From: Clostridia bacterium
GTDB taxonomy: Bacteria; Bacillota; Clostridia; Oscillospirales; CAG-272
Direction: 5' to 3'
DNA: 64,000 bases
Assembly: GCA_017481495.1 (NCBI GenBank)
Contig: JAFUPC010000076.1
Coordinates: 8,755-72,754, forward strand
Part shown: positions 45,809-54,524 of the stretch, piece after piece
Layout: every line of letters begins with the position of its first letter
Numbering within the stretch: position 1 is the first letter of the stretch
Notes under the pieces: generated by a model
What the model saw: only the letters and a program-made list of their open reading frames with translations
The model's database searches: none
Told to the model about the DNA's origin: nothing
Program-made: the position numbers and the translations under genes

Positions 45809-46890
45809 AGCGCCGGAAACGTCGGCTGTCGCTGCCGGGGTTTGCCGCGTTCCACTCTTATGTGGTGTTCTTTCTTCTGGTCGCGTTTGTCATCTCCTGC
45901 TCCACCATGCTGTTTGTCAGCACACTGTCAGATACTTCCGGGCTGATTCTGTCGCGGGAGAACATCACGGGTGCGGCAAAGATCACGTTTCTCAACGTCC
46001 TGTTTTTAAGCTTTCTCTTTACCGTCTGTGATGCGGTGCGCCGCCGGCTGACTGTCGACCGTCCCGCACGACGCATCACGCAGGCCGCCGAGAAATTGAT
46101 GCAGGGCGATTTTTCCGTGCGCATTCCGCACAGCCAGAATTCTGCCGTCGGCACGGAGAGCCGGTTTGACGAGATCATCGACTGCTTCAACCGCATGGCG
46201 GAAGAATTGTCCGGCGTGGAGACCCTGCGCACGGATTTCGTTGCCAACGTCTCGCACGAAATGAAAACGCCGCTCGCCGTCATCCGCAATTATGCGACAT
46301 TGCTGCAATCGCCGGATTTGACAGAAGAAGAACGGCTGGAATACGCGCGCGCGATCTCCGACGGCACGAAACGCTTATCCGACCTTGTGACGAACATCCT
46401 CAAGCTGAACCGGCTGGAAAACCAGCAGATCTATCCGAAAAAGGAGCCGTTTGACTTATCGGAACAGCTTTGCACCTGTCTTCTGGCGTTTGAAAACGTC
46501 TGGGAAACAGGCGGCATCGAAATCGAAACGGACATTGCGGAGGGCATCGTTCTGAACACCGATGCGGAACTGTTGTCGCTTGTCTGGAACAACCTCTTTT
46601 CCAATGCATTCAAGTTCACACCGCCGGGCGGGCGCGTTTCCGTGTCTCTTTCTGCCGGAGAATATTATGTTGTCGTCAAGGTTTCCGATACCGGATGTGG
46701 CATGACGCCGGAGGTCGGTGCGCACATCTTTGAAAAATTCTATCAGGGAGACACCTCCCACACCTCCGCCGGAAACGGTCTGGGGCTGGCGCTTGTCCGG
46801 CGCATTATCGACATCACGGGCGGGGAGATCTCCGTGGAAAGCGCCGTGGGTGTTGGCAGTACCTTTACGGTACAGTTACGGAAAAATTAA
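45805..46890 (+). CDS. sensor histidine kinase (two TM, HAMP, HisKA, HATPase_c)
   Basis: H-box SHEMKTPL, N/G boxes (..NLFSNAFKFTP.., DTGCGM, GLGLALV). Overlaps the regulator gene by 4 nt. Confidence 0.9.
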   Translation: MKRRKRRLSLPGFAAFHSYVVFFLLVAFVISCSTMLFVSTLSDTSGLILSRENITGAAKITFLNVLFLSFLFTVCDAVRRRLTVDRPARRITQAAEKLMQGDFSVRIPHSQNSAVGTESRFDEIIDCFNRMAEELSGVETLRTDFVANVSHEMKTPLAVIRNYATLLQSPDLTEEERLEYARAISDGTKRLSDLVTNILKLNRLENQQIYPKKEPFDLSEQLCTCLLAFENVWETGGIEIETDIAEGIVLNTDAELLSLVWNNLFSNAFKFTPPGGRVSVSLSAGEYYVVVKVSDTGCGMTPEVGAHIFEKFYQGDTSHTSAGNGLGLALVRRIIDITGGEISVESAVGVGSTFTVQLRKN

Positions 46891-46962
46891 AAAATCTTTT
46901 TACGTCCACCCCCGCGGAATACGGTCAGCGGGCAAACGAATGAAGAAAGGGAGCGTGACCGC

Positions 46963-47877
46963 ATGAAACGTATCGAATGGAAATCGCTTGGAAAACGGCT
47001 TTTGTTTCTGCCGGGGTGGCTGATGCTGATTTTGACGGCATTTTCCACCGCGGGGCTGGTCTTTGTCTTTCTGCGGGGACTGGATGCGCATCCCATCGGG
47101 TATACGGTCTATGTTCTGGCGTTTTATACGCTTTGTGTGGATACCGTGTTCTGCGTTCTGACCCTGCTCCGTTATTACCGGCGGGCAAAGAACATGGTCT
47201 ACGCAAATCATTACGGCAACCGCTACATGACCGATCCCGCATTCAAAACGCACGTCTCGCTGTACACCTCCCTTGCGCTGAATCTGGCGTATGTCGTCTC
47301 AAACCTGTTGTCAGGTCTTCTGCACAGTTCGGTCTGGTCGATCACGCTTGCGGCGTACTATATGATCCTTGCCGTGATGCGCTTTCTGCTTCTGCGGTTC
47401 TTCAACCGGGACGGCGTTGTCCGCGGGCGCACCGGAAAAGAACGGCTTCCGGAGCTGCGGCGCTCCCGGCTGTGCAGTATCATTCTCCTGACCCTTAATT
47501 TTGCGCTGTCGGGCATGATCGTGCTCGTCATCGCGGCAGACGAGGGGTTTGCCTACGGCAGTATCATGATCTACGTCATGGCGATGTACACCTTTTACAC
47601 CGTCATCACGACAGTGCGCGATCTGTTCCGGTACAGAAAGCACAACAGTCCGGTTCTGACTGCCTCCAAGGTCATCAAAATGGCGGCGGCGCTTGTCTCG
47701 CTTCTATCGCTGGAAATCGCCATGCTGACCCAGTTTTCGGATGACAGCAATCCGGAATACTTCAACAATGTCATGATCGGCGCGACCGGCGCTGCGGTTT
47801 CGATCATCGTCGTGTTCATGGCAGTGTACACCATCGTGAAAACGACAAAGGAGATCCACGTGCTGATGCGCACCTGA
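46963..47877 (+). CDS. polytopic membrane protein of unknown function, downstream of the two-component pair
   Basis: 304 aa with ~8 predicted TM segments by eye; RBS AAAGGGAG. Confidence 0.7.
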   Translation: MKRIEWKSLGKRLLFLPGWLMLILTAFSTAGLVFVFLRGLDAHPIGYTVYVLAFYTLCVDTVFCVLTLLRYYRRAKNMVYANHYGNRYMTDPAFKTHVSLYTSLALNLAYVVSNLLSGLLHSSVWSITLAAYYMILAVMRFLLLRFFNRDGVVRGRTGKERLPELRRSRLCSIILLTLNFALSGMIVLVIAADEGFAYGSIMIYVMAMYTFYTVITTVRDLFRYRKHNSPVLTASKVIKMAAALVSLLSLEIAMLTQFSDDSNPEYFNNVMIGATGAAVSIIVVFMAVYTIVKTTKEIHVLMRT

Positions 47878-47919
47878 TTTTATAAATTTTATCTATTTTT
47901 ATATATACCCGGAGTTTTT

Positions 47920-48297
47920 ATGGAACAAAAGGACAACAATACCTTTCGCTATACCTATTCCGCAAGGGAACAGGAAGAACTGAAACGCATCCGCCGGAAC
48001 TATCTTCCGCCGGAGGAAAACAAAATGGATTATCTGCGCCGTCTCGATGCCGGTGTCTACCGGAAAGCAACGACCGTGTCGCTTGTTGTCGGCATCCTCG
48101 GTGCGCTTCTGCTCGGGATCGGAATGTGCGGAGTGATGGTTTTTTCTCCCGCGTGGTTTATCCCCGGTATCATTATCGGCATCGTCAGCATTGTTCTGGT
48201 CGCGGTCGCGTATCCCGTGTATCAGCACGTTCTGCAAAAGGAACGGAAGAAGATCGCACCGGAGGTTCTGCGGCTGACGGAAGAACTTATGAAGTAA
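47920..48297 (+). CDS. small two-TM membrane protein, paralogue of 42789..43154
   Basis: ..KMDYLRRLDAGVYRKATTVSLVVGILGALLLGIGMCGVM.. aligns with ..ELDELRALDAKVKKPVNVFAYVFGGISAIIMGCGMSLVM.. Confidence 0.7.
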   Translation: MEQKDNNTFRYTYSAREQEELKRIRRNYLPPEENKMDYLRRLDAGVYRKATTVSLVVGILGALLLGIGMCGVMVFSPAWFIPGIIIGIVSIVLVAVAYPVYQHVLQKERKKIAPEVLRLTEELMK

Positions 48298-48327
48298 TTT
48301 AATCGTCAAGGAGATATAAAGAATATC

Positions 48328-50949
48328 ATGAATCCCATCAGACAGGTTTACTGCCGTATTTTTCAGGGAGCGTTCCGTCTGGCGCTTCCTCTTTTGCCGT
48401 ACAGAGAACCGGAGGTCTTTGCTTCGGTCACAGCCCTCGAAGCCCTGTTCCGAAAGCTCGGCACCAAGTCCGTATTGCTTGTAACGGACAAATATCTGCA
48501 CGAAAGCGGCGCAACCGCAGAGCTGGAAGCCATGCTGGCACACATCGGCACACAGTGTGCTGTCTACGACGGCACCCGTCCCAATCCCACGGTGAAAAAC
48601 GTGGAGGAAGCGCGGCAGATGTATCTTGACAACGCCTGCGAATGTCTGCTTGCCCTCGGCGGCGGTTCCGCGATGGACTGCGCAAAGGCGGTCGGCGCGC
48701 GGATTGCGTATCCGGACAAAACGCTCGACCAGTTAAAGGGACTTCTGCGTGTGGTAAAGAAAATTCCCACGCTTATCGCCATTCCGACGACCGCCGGAAC
48801 GGGCAGTGAAGTTACCGTCACCGCCGTCATCACGGACGACGAAAAAAAGCACAAGTACACGATGAACAACTTCACAATGATCCCCCGCTACGCCGTACAC
48901 GACCCCGCGCTGACGGTTTCCCTGCCGCAGAGTCTGACGGCGATGACCGGCATGGATGCACTGACCCACGCGGTGGAAGCGTTCATCGGGCGTTCGACAA
49001 CCAAGGAGACCCGTTCCAAAGCGCTTGCCGCGACGAAGCTGATTTTTGAGAATCTGGAAACAGCATACAACGAGCCGAAAAACACGGAAGCGCGCGCCAA
49101 TATGCTGAAAGCATCGTATCTTGCCGGCTCCGCGTTCACAAAATCGTATGTCGGCTACATCCACGCGGTCGCGCATTCGCTGGGCGGTCAGTACAACATT
49201 CCGCACGGTCTGGCGAATGCCGTTCTGATGCCCATTGTGCTGGATGCCTACGGTGCCGCCGTTTACCGCAAACTGCACTGTCTCGGTGTCGTTGCCGGGG
49301 TCGCCGAAAAAGACGAACCGCACGAAATCGGTGCAAAGAAATTCATCGCCGCCATCCGGGACATGAACCGCCGCATGGGCATTCCCGAAACGCTGTCCGG
49401 CATCCGAAAAGAGGACATCCCGATAATGGCGCGCCATGCGGACAGAGAAGCCAACCCCCTCTACCCCGTTCCCGTTCTGTACAGCGCAAAGCAGCTGGAG
49501 CAGTTCTATTATAAGGTCGCATCTCCCGGATCCTTTGCACCTGAAATTATCGAACAAGAAAAGGAATCAGAGAATATGGACAACTTTGACGTTCTCATAG
49601 AAAAACAGCGGAAATTCTTTGCAACGGGTACAACGCTGCCGGTCGTGTTCCGCATTGCGATGCTGAAAAAGCTGTATGCCGCCATTGAAATGTATGAGGA
49701 CGAGATCACCGCGGCACTGACCGAAGATCTCGGCAAATCCGGCTTTGAGGGCTTCATGTGTGAGGTGGGACTGGTCAAGACCGAAATTTCCTACATGATC
49801 AAGCACACAAGAGCGTTCGCCGCCGACCGCACCGTTCCGACCCCGCTTGCGCAGTTTGCATCCCACAGCTACGAGAAGACATGTCCGTGGGGCAATACGC
49901 TCATTATGAGTCCGTGGAATTATCCGTTCTTGCTCACCATCGACCCGCTCTGCAATGCCATTGCGGCGGGTAACACCGCCATCGTCAAGCCGAGCGCGTA
50001 TTCTCCGGCGACCAGTGCCGTGATCGAAAAGCTCATTACCGCCTGCTTTGACCCCGCTTATGTTGCGGTCGTCACCGGCGGCAGAGCCGAAAATGCTGCA
50101 CTGCTGACAAAGAAATTCGACTTCATATTCTTCACCGGAAGTCAGAATGTCGGACGGGAAGTCCTGCGCCATGCGGCGGAGCATCTGACCCCAGCGGTCT
50201 TGGAGCTTGGCGGCAAGAGTCCGTGCATCGTTGACAGTACGGCAAAGCTGAAGCTGGCGGCAAAGCGCATCGTCTTCGGCAAGTATCTGAACTGCGGTCA
50301 GACCTGTGTCGCGCCGGACTATGTGCTCTGCGAAGCATCGGTCAAGGACGCGCTGCTTGCGGAAATCAAAAAGCAGATCGCCGCCCAGTACGGCGACGAC
50401 CCGCTTGCCAATGAAAATTACGGAAAGATCATCAACGAAAAGCACTTCGACCGGGTATCCGGTCTCATCGAAGCCGACAAGGTCGTTCACGGCGGCAGAA
50501 CGAACCGAGAGACCTTGCAGATCGAGCCGACCGTCATGGACGGCGTGACCTGGGACGACCGCGTGATGGGCGAGGAAATCTTCGGCCCGATCATGCCCAT
50601 TCTCACGTTTGAATCGTTTGACGACATTTTCCCGATGCTCGAGGGGCGCGACAAGCCGCTTGCGTTGTATCTGTTCTCCGAGGACAAAGCGCACATCAAG
50701 GCGGTCACAGAGCGCTGCCGCTACGGCGGCGGCTGTATCAACGACACCATCATCCATCTTGCGACCAGCGAAATGGGCTTCGGCGGTGTCGGGGAAAGCG
50801 GCATGGGCGCGTATCACGGTAAGATCGGCTTTGATACGTTCTCGCACAAGAAAAGCATTGTGGACAAGAAGACATGGATGGATCTGCCGATGCGGTATCA
50901 GCCGTATAAAAAGGTCAATGAAGCGCTGCTGCATATGTTCCTGAAATAA
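48328..50949 (+). CDS. fusion protein: N-terminal iron-containing alcohol dehydrogenase plus C-terminal ALDH3-type aldehyde dehydrogenase
   Basis: Residues ~1-400 are Fe-ADH-like (..GGGSAMDCAK.., ..HAVAHSLGG..). Residues ~415-873 are ALDH-like with ELGGKSP and CGQTCVAPDY catalytic motifs. The frame is continuous through the junction ..EQEKESENMDNFDV... Confidence 0.85.
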   Translation: MNPIRQVYCRIFQGAFRLALPLLPYREPEVFASVTALEALFRKLGTKSVLLVTDKYLHESGATAELEAMLAHIGTQCAVYDGTRPNPTVKNVEEARQMYLDNACECLLALGGGSAMDCAKAVGARIAYPDKTLDQLKGLLRVVKKIPTLIAIPTTAGTGSEVTVTAVITDDEKKHKYTMNNFTMIPRYAVHDPALTVSLPQSLTAMTGMDALTHAVEAFIGRSTTKETRSKALAATKLIFENLETAYNEPKNTEARANMLKASYLAGSAFTKSYVGYIHAVAHSLGGQYNIPHGLANAVLMPIVLDAYGAAVYRKLHCLGVVAGVAEKDEPHEIGAKKFIAAIRDMNRRMGIPETLSGIRKEDIPIMARHADREANPLYPVPVLYSAKQLEQFYYKVASPGSFAPEIIEQEKESENMDNFDVLIEKQRKFFATGTTLPVVFRIAMLKKLYAAIEMYEDEITAALTEDLGKSGFEGFMCEVGLVKTEISYMIKHTRAFAADRTVPTPLAQFASHSYEKTCPWGNTLIMSPWNYPFLLTIDPLCNAIAAGNTAIVKPSAYSPATSAVIEKLITACFDPAYVAVVTGGRAENAALLTKKFDFIFFTGSQNVGREVLRHAAEHLTPAVLELGGKSPCIVDSTAKLKLAAKRIVFGKYLNCGQTCVAPDYVLCEASVKDALLAEIKKQIAAQYGDDPLANENYGKIINEKHFDRVSGLIEADKVVHGGRTNRETLQIEPTVMDGVTWDDRVMGEEIFGPIMPILTFESFDDIFPMLEGRDKPLALYLFSEDKAHIKAVTERCRYGGGCINDTIIHLATSEMGFGGVGESGMGAYHGKIGFDTFSHKKSIVDKKTWMDLPMRYQPYKKVNEALLHMFLK

Positions 50950-50955
50950 GATAAT

Positions 50956-51010
50956 GGTCCGATTCCCGCACTGTTCGGTGCTTACTGGGGATCGGACCGC
51001 ATTTTTTATT
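50956..51010 (+). terminator. intrinsic terminator after the ADH::ALDH gene
   Basis: GGTCCGATTCCC..(19 nt loop)..GGGGATCGGACC followed by GCATTTTTTATTTT. Confidence 0.65.
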
Positions 51011-51029
51011 TTCCAACCGGAATGCGCAT

Positions 51030-52403
51030 TTATCTGGTCAGATTCCGGATCCACTTATACCGGTTGACCTTGACGACGGCGACAAAACATTTGAGGATCT
51101 GGTCGATTTTCAGAAACGCGAACACGACCCACGGTTCCGCACCCAGATACGATGCGATGAGTGCCGAGGGCAGGACGATGCAGAACACATGGAATGTGTC
51201 GTTTTTGAACACGAACGAGATGTCACCCCCCGCCTTGACAAGACCCGACAGACACGGCATCTGGTAGCACGAGCCGAACATCGAAATGCCAAGCACGATC
51301 ATGAACTGCATCGCATACGCCGCCGCTTCGTCGCTGATGGCGTACATTGAGACGAACGTTCCGCGGAACAAGAGTATGAAAGCGCAGGTGAACGCACCGA
51401 CACCGAGGAACAAGATCTGCGTGGTGCGGGCGTATTCCTTGACTTTCTCCACATTGCCCGCGCCGACGGTCTTGCCCGTGATGACGCCGACCGCGCTTGC
51501 TAGACCCGTGACCCAGATGTACACAAGCGTGTGCATATTGCCGGTGACGGACGAAGCGGAGATGACGGCTTTCGAAAAATGGCCGAGAATGCCCGACTGC
51601 GTGATGGTGTTGATCGCCCAGACGATCTCCCCCGCCATGATCGGCGCGCCGTAGCGCAGAAAGTCCTTTTGCAGAAGCTTGTTCGGGTGAACAAGGAAAT
51701 CCCCCAGGCGCAGATTCATTTTCCGGTCGCGGAACCGTGCGTACAGGAGCGCCGCCGCACATTCCACGATTCGGGAGATCAGCGTTGCAATCGCCGCGCC
51801 GCGGATGCCCATTGCGGGGAATCCGAATTTGCCGAAAATGAAGACGTAGTTTAAGGAAATGTTGACGATGAGCGCGATGAGGGAGATGTACATTCCCACT
51901 TTTGCGTTCTCGACCGAACGCATCGCGGCGATGATGATCTGCGCCGCCGCATAAAAGAGAAACGACCACGCGACGACGGAAAGATACGTCGTGCCGTCCG
52001 CGATAACATCGGCTTCCTTTGTCAGAAGCCCGATGAGCTTTGACGGGATGGCAAGTGCCAGAAGCATTGTGACAAGTCCAAGTGCAAGTCCCACGCGCAT
52101 ACTGAGGGAGACGATCTCCTTGATGGTCTTCATATCGCGTTTGCCCCAATACTGTGCGGCAAGGATGCCCGTGGTCTGCACGACACCGGTCAGCATCAGC
52201 TGTAAAAAGGTTTGGATCTGGTTGCCCATATAGACGCCCGACACCGCCGCATCGCCGAGCTGGGAAACCATCAGGTTATCCGCAAAGTTGACGGCGAACG
52301 TGATGAGGTTTTGCAGTGAGATCGGAATGGCGAGGGCGGCAAGCGAGCGGTAGAACGATTTATCGCGGGTGAGCAGATGACGTTTTTCTTTTGTGTTTTC
52401 CAT
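51030..52403 (-). CDS. MATE-family efflux transporter
   Basis: 457 aa, 12-TM type, with the N-terminal region ..LAIPISLQNLITFAVNFADNLMVSQLG.. typical of MATE. Confidence 0.9.
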   Translation of the reverse strand: MENTKEKRHLLTRDKSFYRSLAALAIPISLQNLITFAVNFADNLMVSQLGDAAVSGVYMGNQIQTFLQLMLTGVVQTTGILAAQYWGKRDMKTIKEIVSLSMRVGLALGLVTMLLALAIPSKLIGLLTKEADVIADGTTYLSVVAWSFLFYAAAQIIIAAMRSVENAKVGMYISLIALIVNISLNYVFIFGKFGFPAMGIRGAAIATLISRIVECAAALLYARFRDRKMNLRLGDFLVHPNKLLQKDFLRYGAPIMAGEIVWAINTITQSGILGHFSKAVISASSVTGNMHTLVYIWVTGLASAVGVITGKTVGAGNVEKVKEYARTTQILFLGVGAFTCAFILLFRGTFVSMYAISDEAAAYAMQFMIVLGISMFGSCYQMPCLSGLVKAGGDISFVFKNDTFHVFCIVLPSALIASYLGAEPWVVFAFLKIDQILKCFVAVVKVNRYKWIRNLTR

Positions 52404-52430
52404 GATGATATGATAATTCCTGTAAGATGT

Positions 52431-53315
52431 TTATGTGCGGTAACGGATGACACGGGGCAATACAATGAACGAAAGCGTGTTTCCGTCGCTGACCTCCCCG
52501 TCGCGGCAGAGCTGCTTCATGCCGGAAAAACGCGCGGAGCGGCATCTGGTATATGTGATGACATCCGCGACCGATGGGATCGGTTTTCCGTCCGCGCCGA
52601 TGTGTTTTCCGTCGTGATATTTGCCGACCAGCCCGAAAAATCTGCGGCGGGTGATGACCCGGACGAGCAGAAGATCCGCCAGTCCGTCCGATGCATCTGC
52701 GCACGGTGCCGCGCGGAATCCGCCGCCGTAATACTGTGCGTTCGCCGCGGCGCAGAGTAAGAATTTCCCCTCTGCTGTATGAGTTTCCCCTGCTTCATCG
52801 ACCCATTCCACGGTCGCCTCCGTGCCAAGCGGATGACAAAGCACCTCGATGACCCCCATGATATAGGCAAGCGTTCCGCTGATAAAGGGGCGCGTTTTCC
52901 ATGTGGCGGTCTTGTCAACGACGGTGCAGTCAAAGCCAATGTTCACAACGTTGACGGCGTAATTGCCGCCGTTGCAGGCAAAGACATCAAGCCGGTATTC
53001 GGTATCCGGGGGTGTGTCGCGGAACATGCGCACAAAGTCGTTTCCCGTTCCGGTCGGGCGCGCGGTGAGAACGGCTTTTTCCGCCGCATCTGCATCCATG
53101 ATGCCCGAAACCGCCTCCGCAATCGTGCCGTCACCGCCGTAGACGATGACCCGCACCTCACCCGCTTCCGCACGCAGATGCTCTGCAAGATACGTCCGCG
53201 CATCGCCCGGTGCCTTGGTTTCGTAGATAACGGTATTTTCGTCCGCCTGTGCCGTGCAGGCGGTTTTTCCCGCACCCTGTCCGGCGGCGGGATTGATGAT
53301 GTGATATTCTTTCAT
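52431..53315 (-). CDS. diacylglycerol-kinase-family lipid kinase (YegS/DagK type)
   Basis: VYGGDGTI motif. Start uncertain: the track start is a TTG at 53372, and ATG 53315 follows AAAGGAG at an unusually long 14 nt spacing. Confidence 0.75.
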   Translation of the reverse strand: MKEYHIINPAAGQGAGKTACTAQADENTVIYETKAPGDARTYLAEHLRAEAGEVRVIVYGGDGTIAEAVSGIMDADAAEKAVLTARPTGTGNDFVRMFRDTPPDTEYRLDVFACNGGNYAVNVVNIGFDCTVVDKTATWKTRPFISGTLAYIMGVIEVLCHPLGTEATVEWVDEAGETHTAEGKFLLCAAANAQYYGGGFRAAPCADASDGLADLLLVRVITRRRFFGLVGKYHDGKHIGADGKPIPSVADVITYTRCRSARFSGMKQLCRDGEVSDGNTLSFIVLPRVIRYRT

Positions 53316-53453
53316 AATGTCGGGAAGCACTCCTTTCCTGTCATCCGATGACCATTCGGTCATCATTGACAAAGGATCTCATGAAAACAGCCGCCCTCAT
53401 CCCGATTCCGGTATACAACAAAGATGATACGGCGGCTTTTTGCGAAGATTGTG

Positions 53454-54344
53454 TCAGCGGCTCATGATCTTCTCATGCGCCATTTCGAGGATGTGGCGGT
53501 CGTTGTCATAGGAGAGCAGCTTGCGCGCTTCGGCAAACGGGACGAGCCAGTCGCCGAAGATCTCGTTTTCCATCGTTGTGACGGAATGCCCGTAGGAAAA
53601 CTGCGCCATCGAATAGACCGCGCGTTTGTGGACAACGCCCCACAGGACATAATGATACTCGCACCGGAATTCCGCATCCGGCGTGACACGGAGGGAGGTC
53701 TCCTCGTAGATCTCCCGCATCATTGTTTCCTGCTCGTCCTCCCCGTATTCCACATGACCTTTCGGAAATCCGATGTGTCCCGAACGGTTGCGGATGAGCA
53801 GATACAGCGGGGTATCGTTGTGCATCGTGTAAACGACGGCACCGCAGGATTTTTCGTACATACAGTACAGCCGGTAGCGTCCGCGGCGTTCTGCAAAGGC
53901 GATCTCGTGCCGGATCTCCGGCTCGTACAGCTCCATACCATCCGGAACGACGATCAGGCGGTCATAACTGTACTGCGGGGGCGGAACACGGCCGTCTCTG
54001 GGCGGTGTGCGGACGTTTCTGTGAACCACGGCGACGATGCGCCCGTGAAAGGTCTCCAGCGGCTCATGCACACCGAGGATGTAAACATAGCGCGGCGGCA
54101 GAACGTCGATGTCGTAATGCGCGGGTGCATCATCCGGATGCACCGATGCGCCGGCGGCAGGAAACACATCGGACAGGTCGGTCGTGATATACCCGCAGTT
54201 GACGGGATAGCGTTTCCGCCGCTTGCCGCCGTCGGCAGTTTCCGCGTTTGTCGGGGTACTGCCCAGCGGCCGGTTGACAACGACATCGACCTCCCGTCCG
54301 AACAGCGCCGCATACCGCCCGTAGCGGCTGCGGATTTCTTCCAT
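53454..54344 (-). CDS. two-domain protein: N-terminal pyrophosphatase-like region plus C-terminal Nudix hydrolase
   Basis: Nudix box GFPKGHVEYGEDEQETMMREIYEETSL. The N-terminal VVVNRPLGS..YPVNCGYI.. is reminiscent of soluble inorganic pyrophosphatase folds (weak, recalled). ATG 54344 has RBS AAGGGGTG. Confidence 0.75.
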   Translation of the reverse strand: MEEIRSRYGRYAALFGREVDVVVNRPLGSTPTNAETADGGKRRKRYPVNCGYITTDLSDVFPAAGASVHPDDAPAHYDIDVLPPRYVYILGVHEPLETFHGRIVAVVHRNVRTPPRDGRVPPPQYSYDRLIVVPDGMELYEPEIRHEIAFAERRGRYRLYCMYEKSCGAVVYTMHNDTPLYLLIRNRSGHIGFPKGHVEYGEDEQETMMREIYEETSLRVTPDAEFRCEYHYVLWGVVHKRAVYSMAQFSYGHSVTTMENEIFGDWLVPFAEARKLLSYDNDRHILEMAHEKIMSR

Positions 54345-54388
54345 TGGTAACATCACCCCTTTTTGCGTAATTTGATAATCTATTATAT

Positions 54389-54417
54389 ATTATAGCACAA
54401 AATCGGTGCGGTATCAA
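54389..54417 (-). promoter_or_regulatory. promoter of the Nudix gene
   Basis: TTGATA (54417-54412), 17 nt, TATAAT (54394-54389). Confidence 0.55.
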
Positions 54418-54524
54418 GGGTTATCGGGAAAAATGTTCATAAAAAGCAAAAAAAATTCGGTTTTTCCGTTCAGAAACACGGAAAAAAGGATGCTGTACAA
54501 ACGCACAGCACCCAATGCCTTCAC

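Noticed and set aside
48328-50949. Calling the 873-aa protein AdhE
   Set aside because: The domain order is reversed (ADH first), and the ALDH half resembles non-acylating ALDH3-type enzymes rather than the CoA-acylating AdhE N-domain.
49567-51054. 495-aa minus-strand ORF opposite the ALDH half of the fusion gene
   Set aside because: Shadow. The + frame has the ALDH catalytic motifs.
53424-54350. 308-aa + strand ORF opposite the Nudix gene
   Set aside because: Shadow. The minus frame has a canonical Nudix box.
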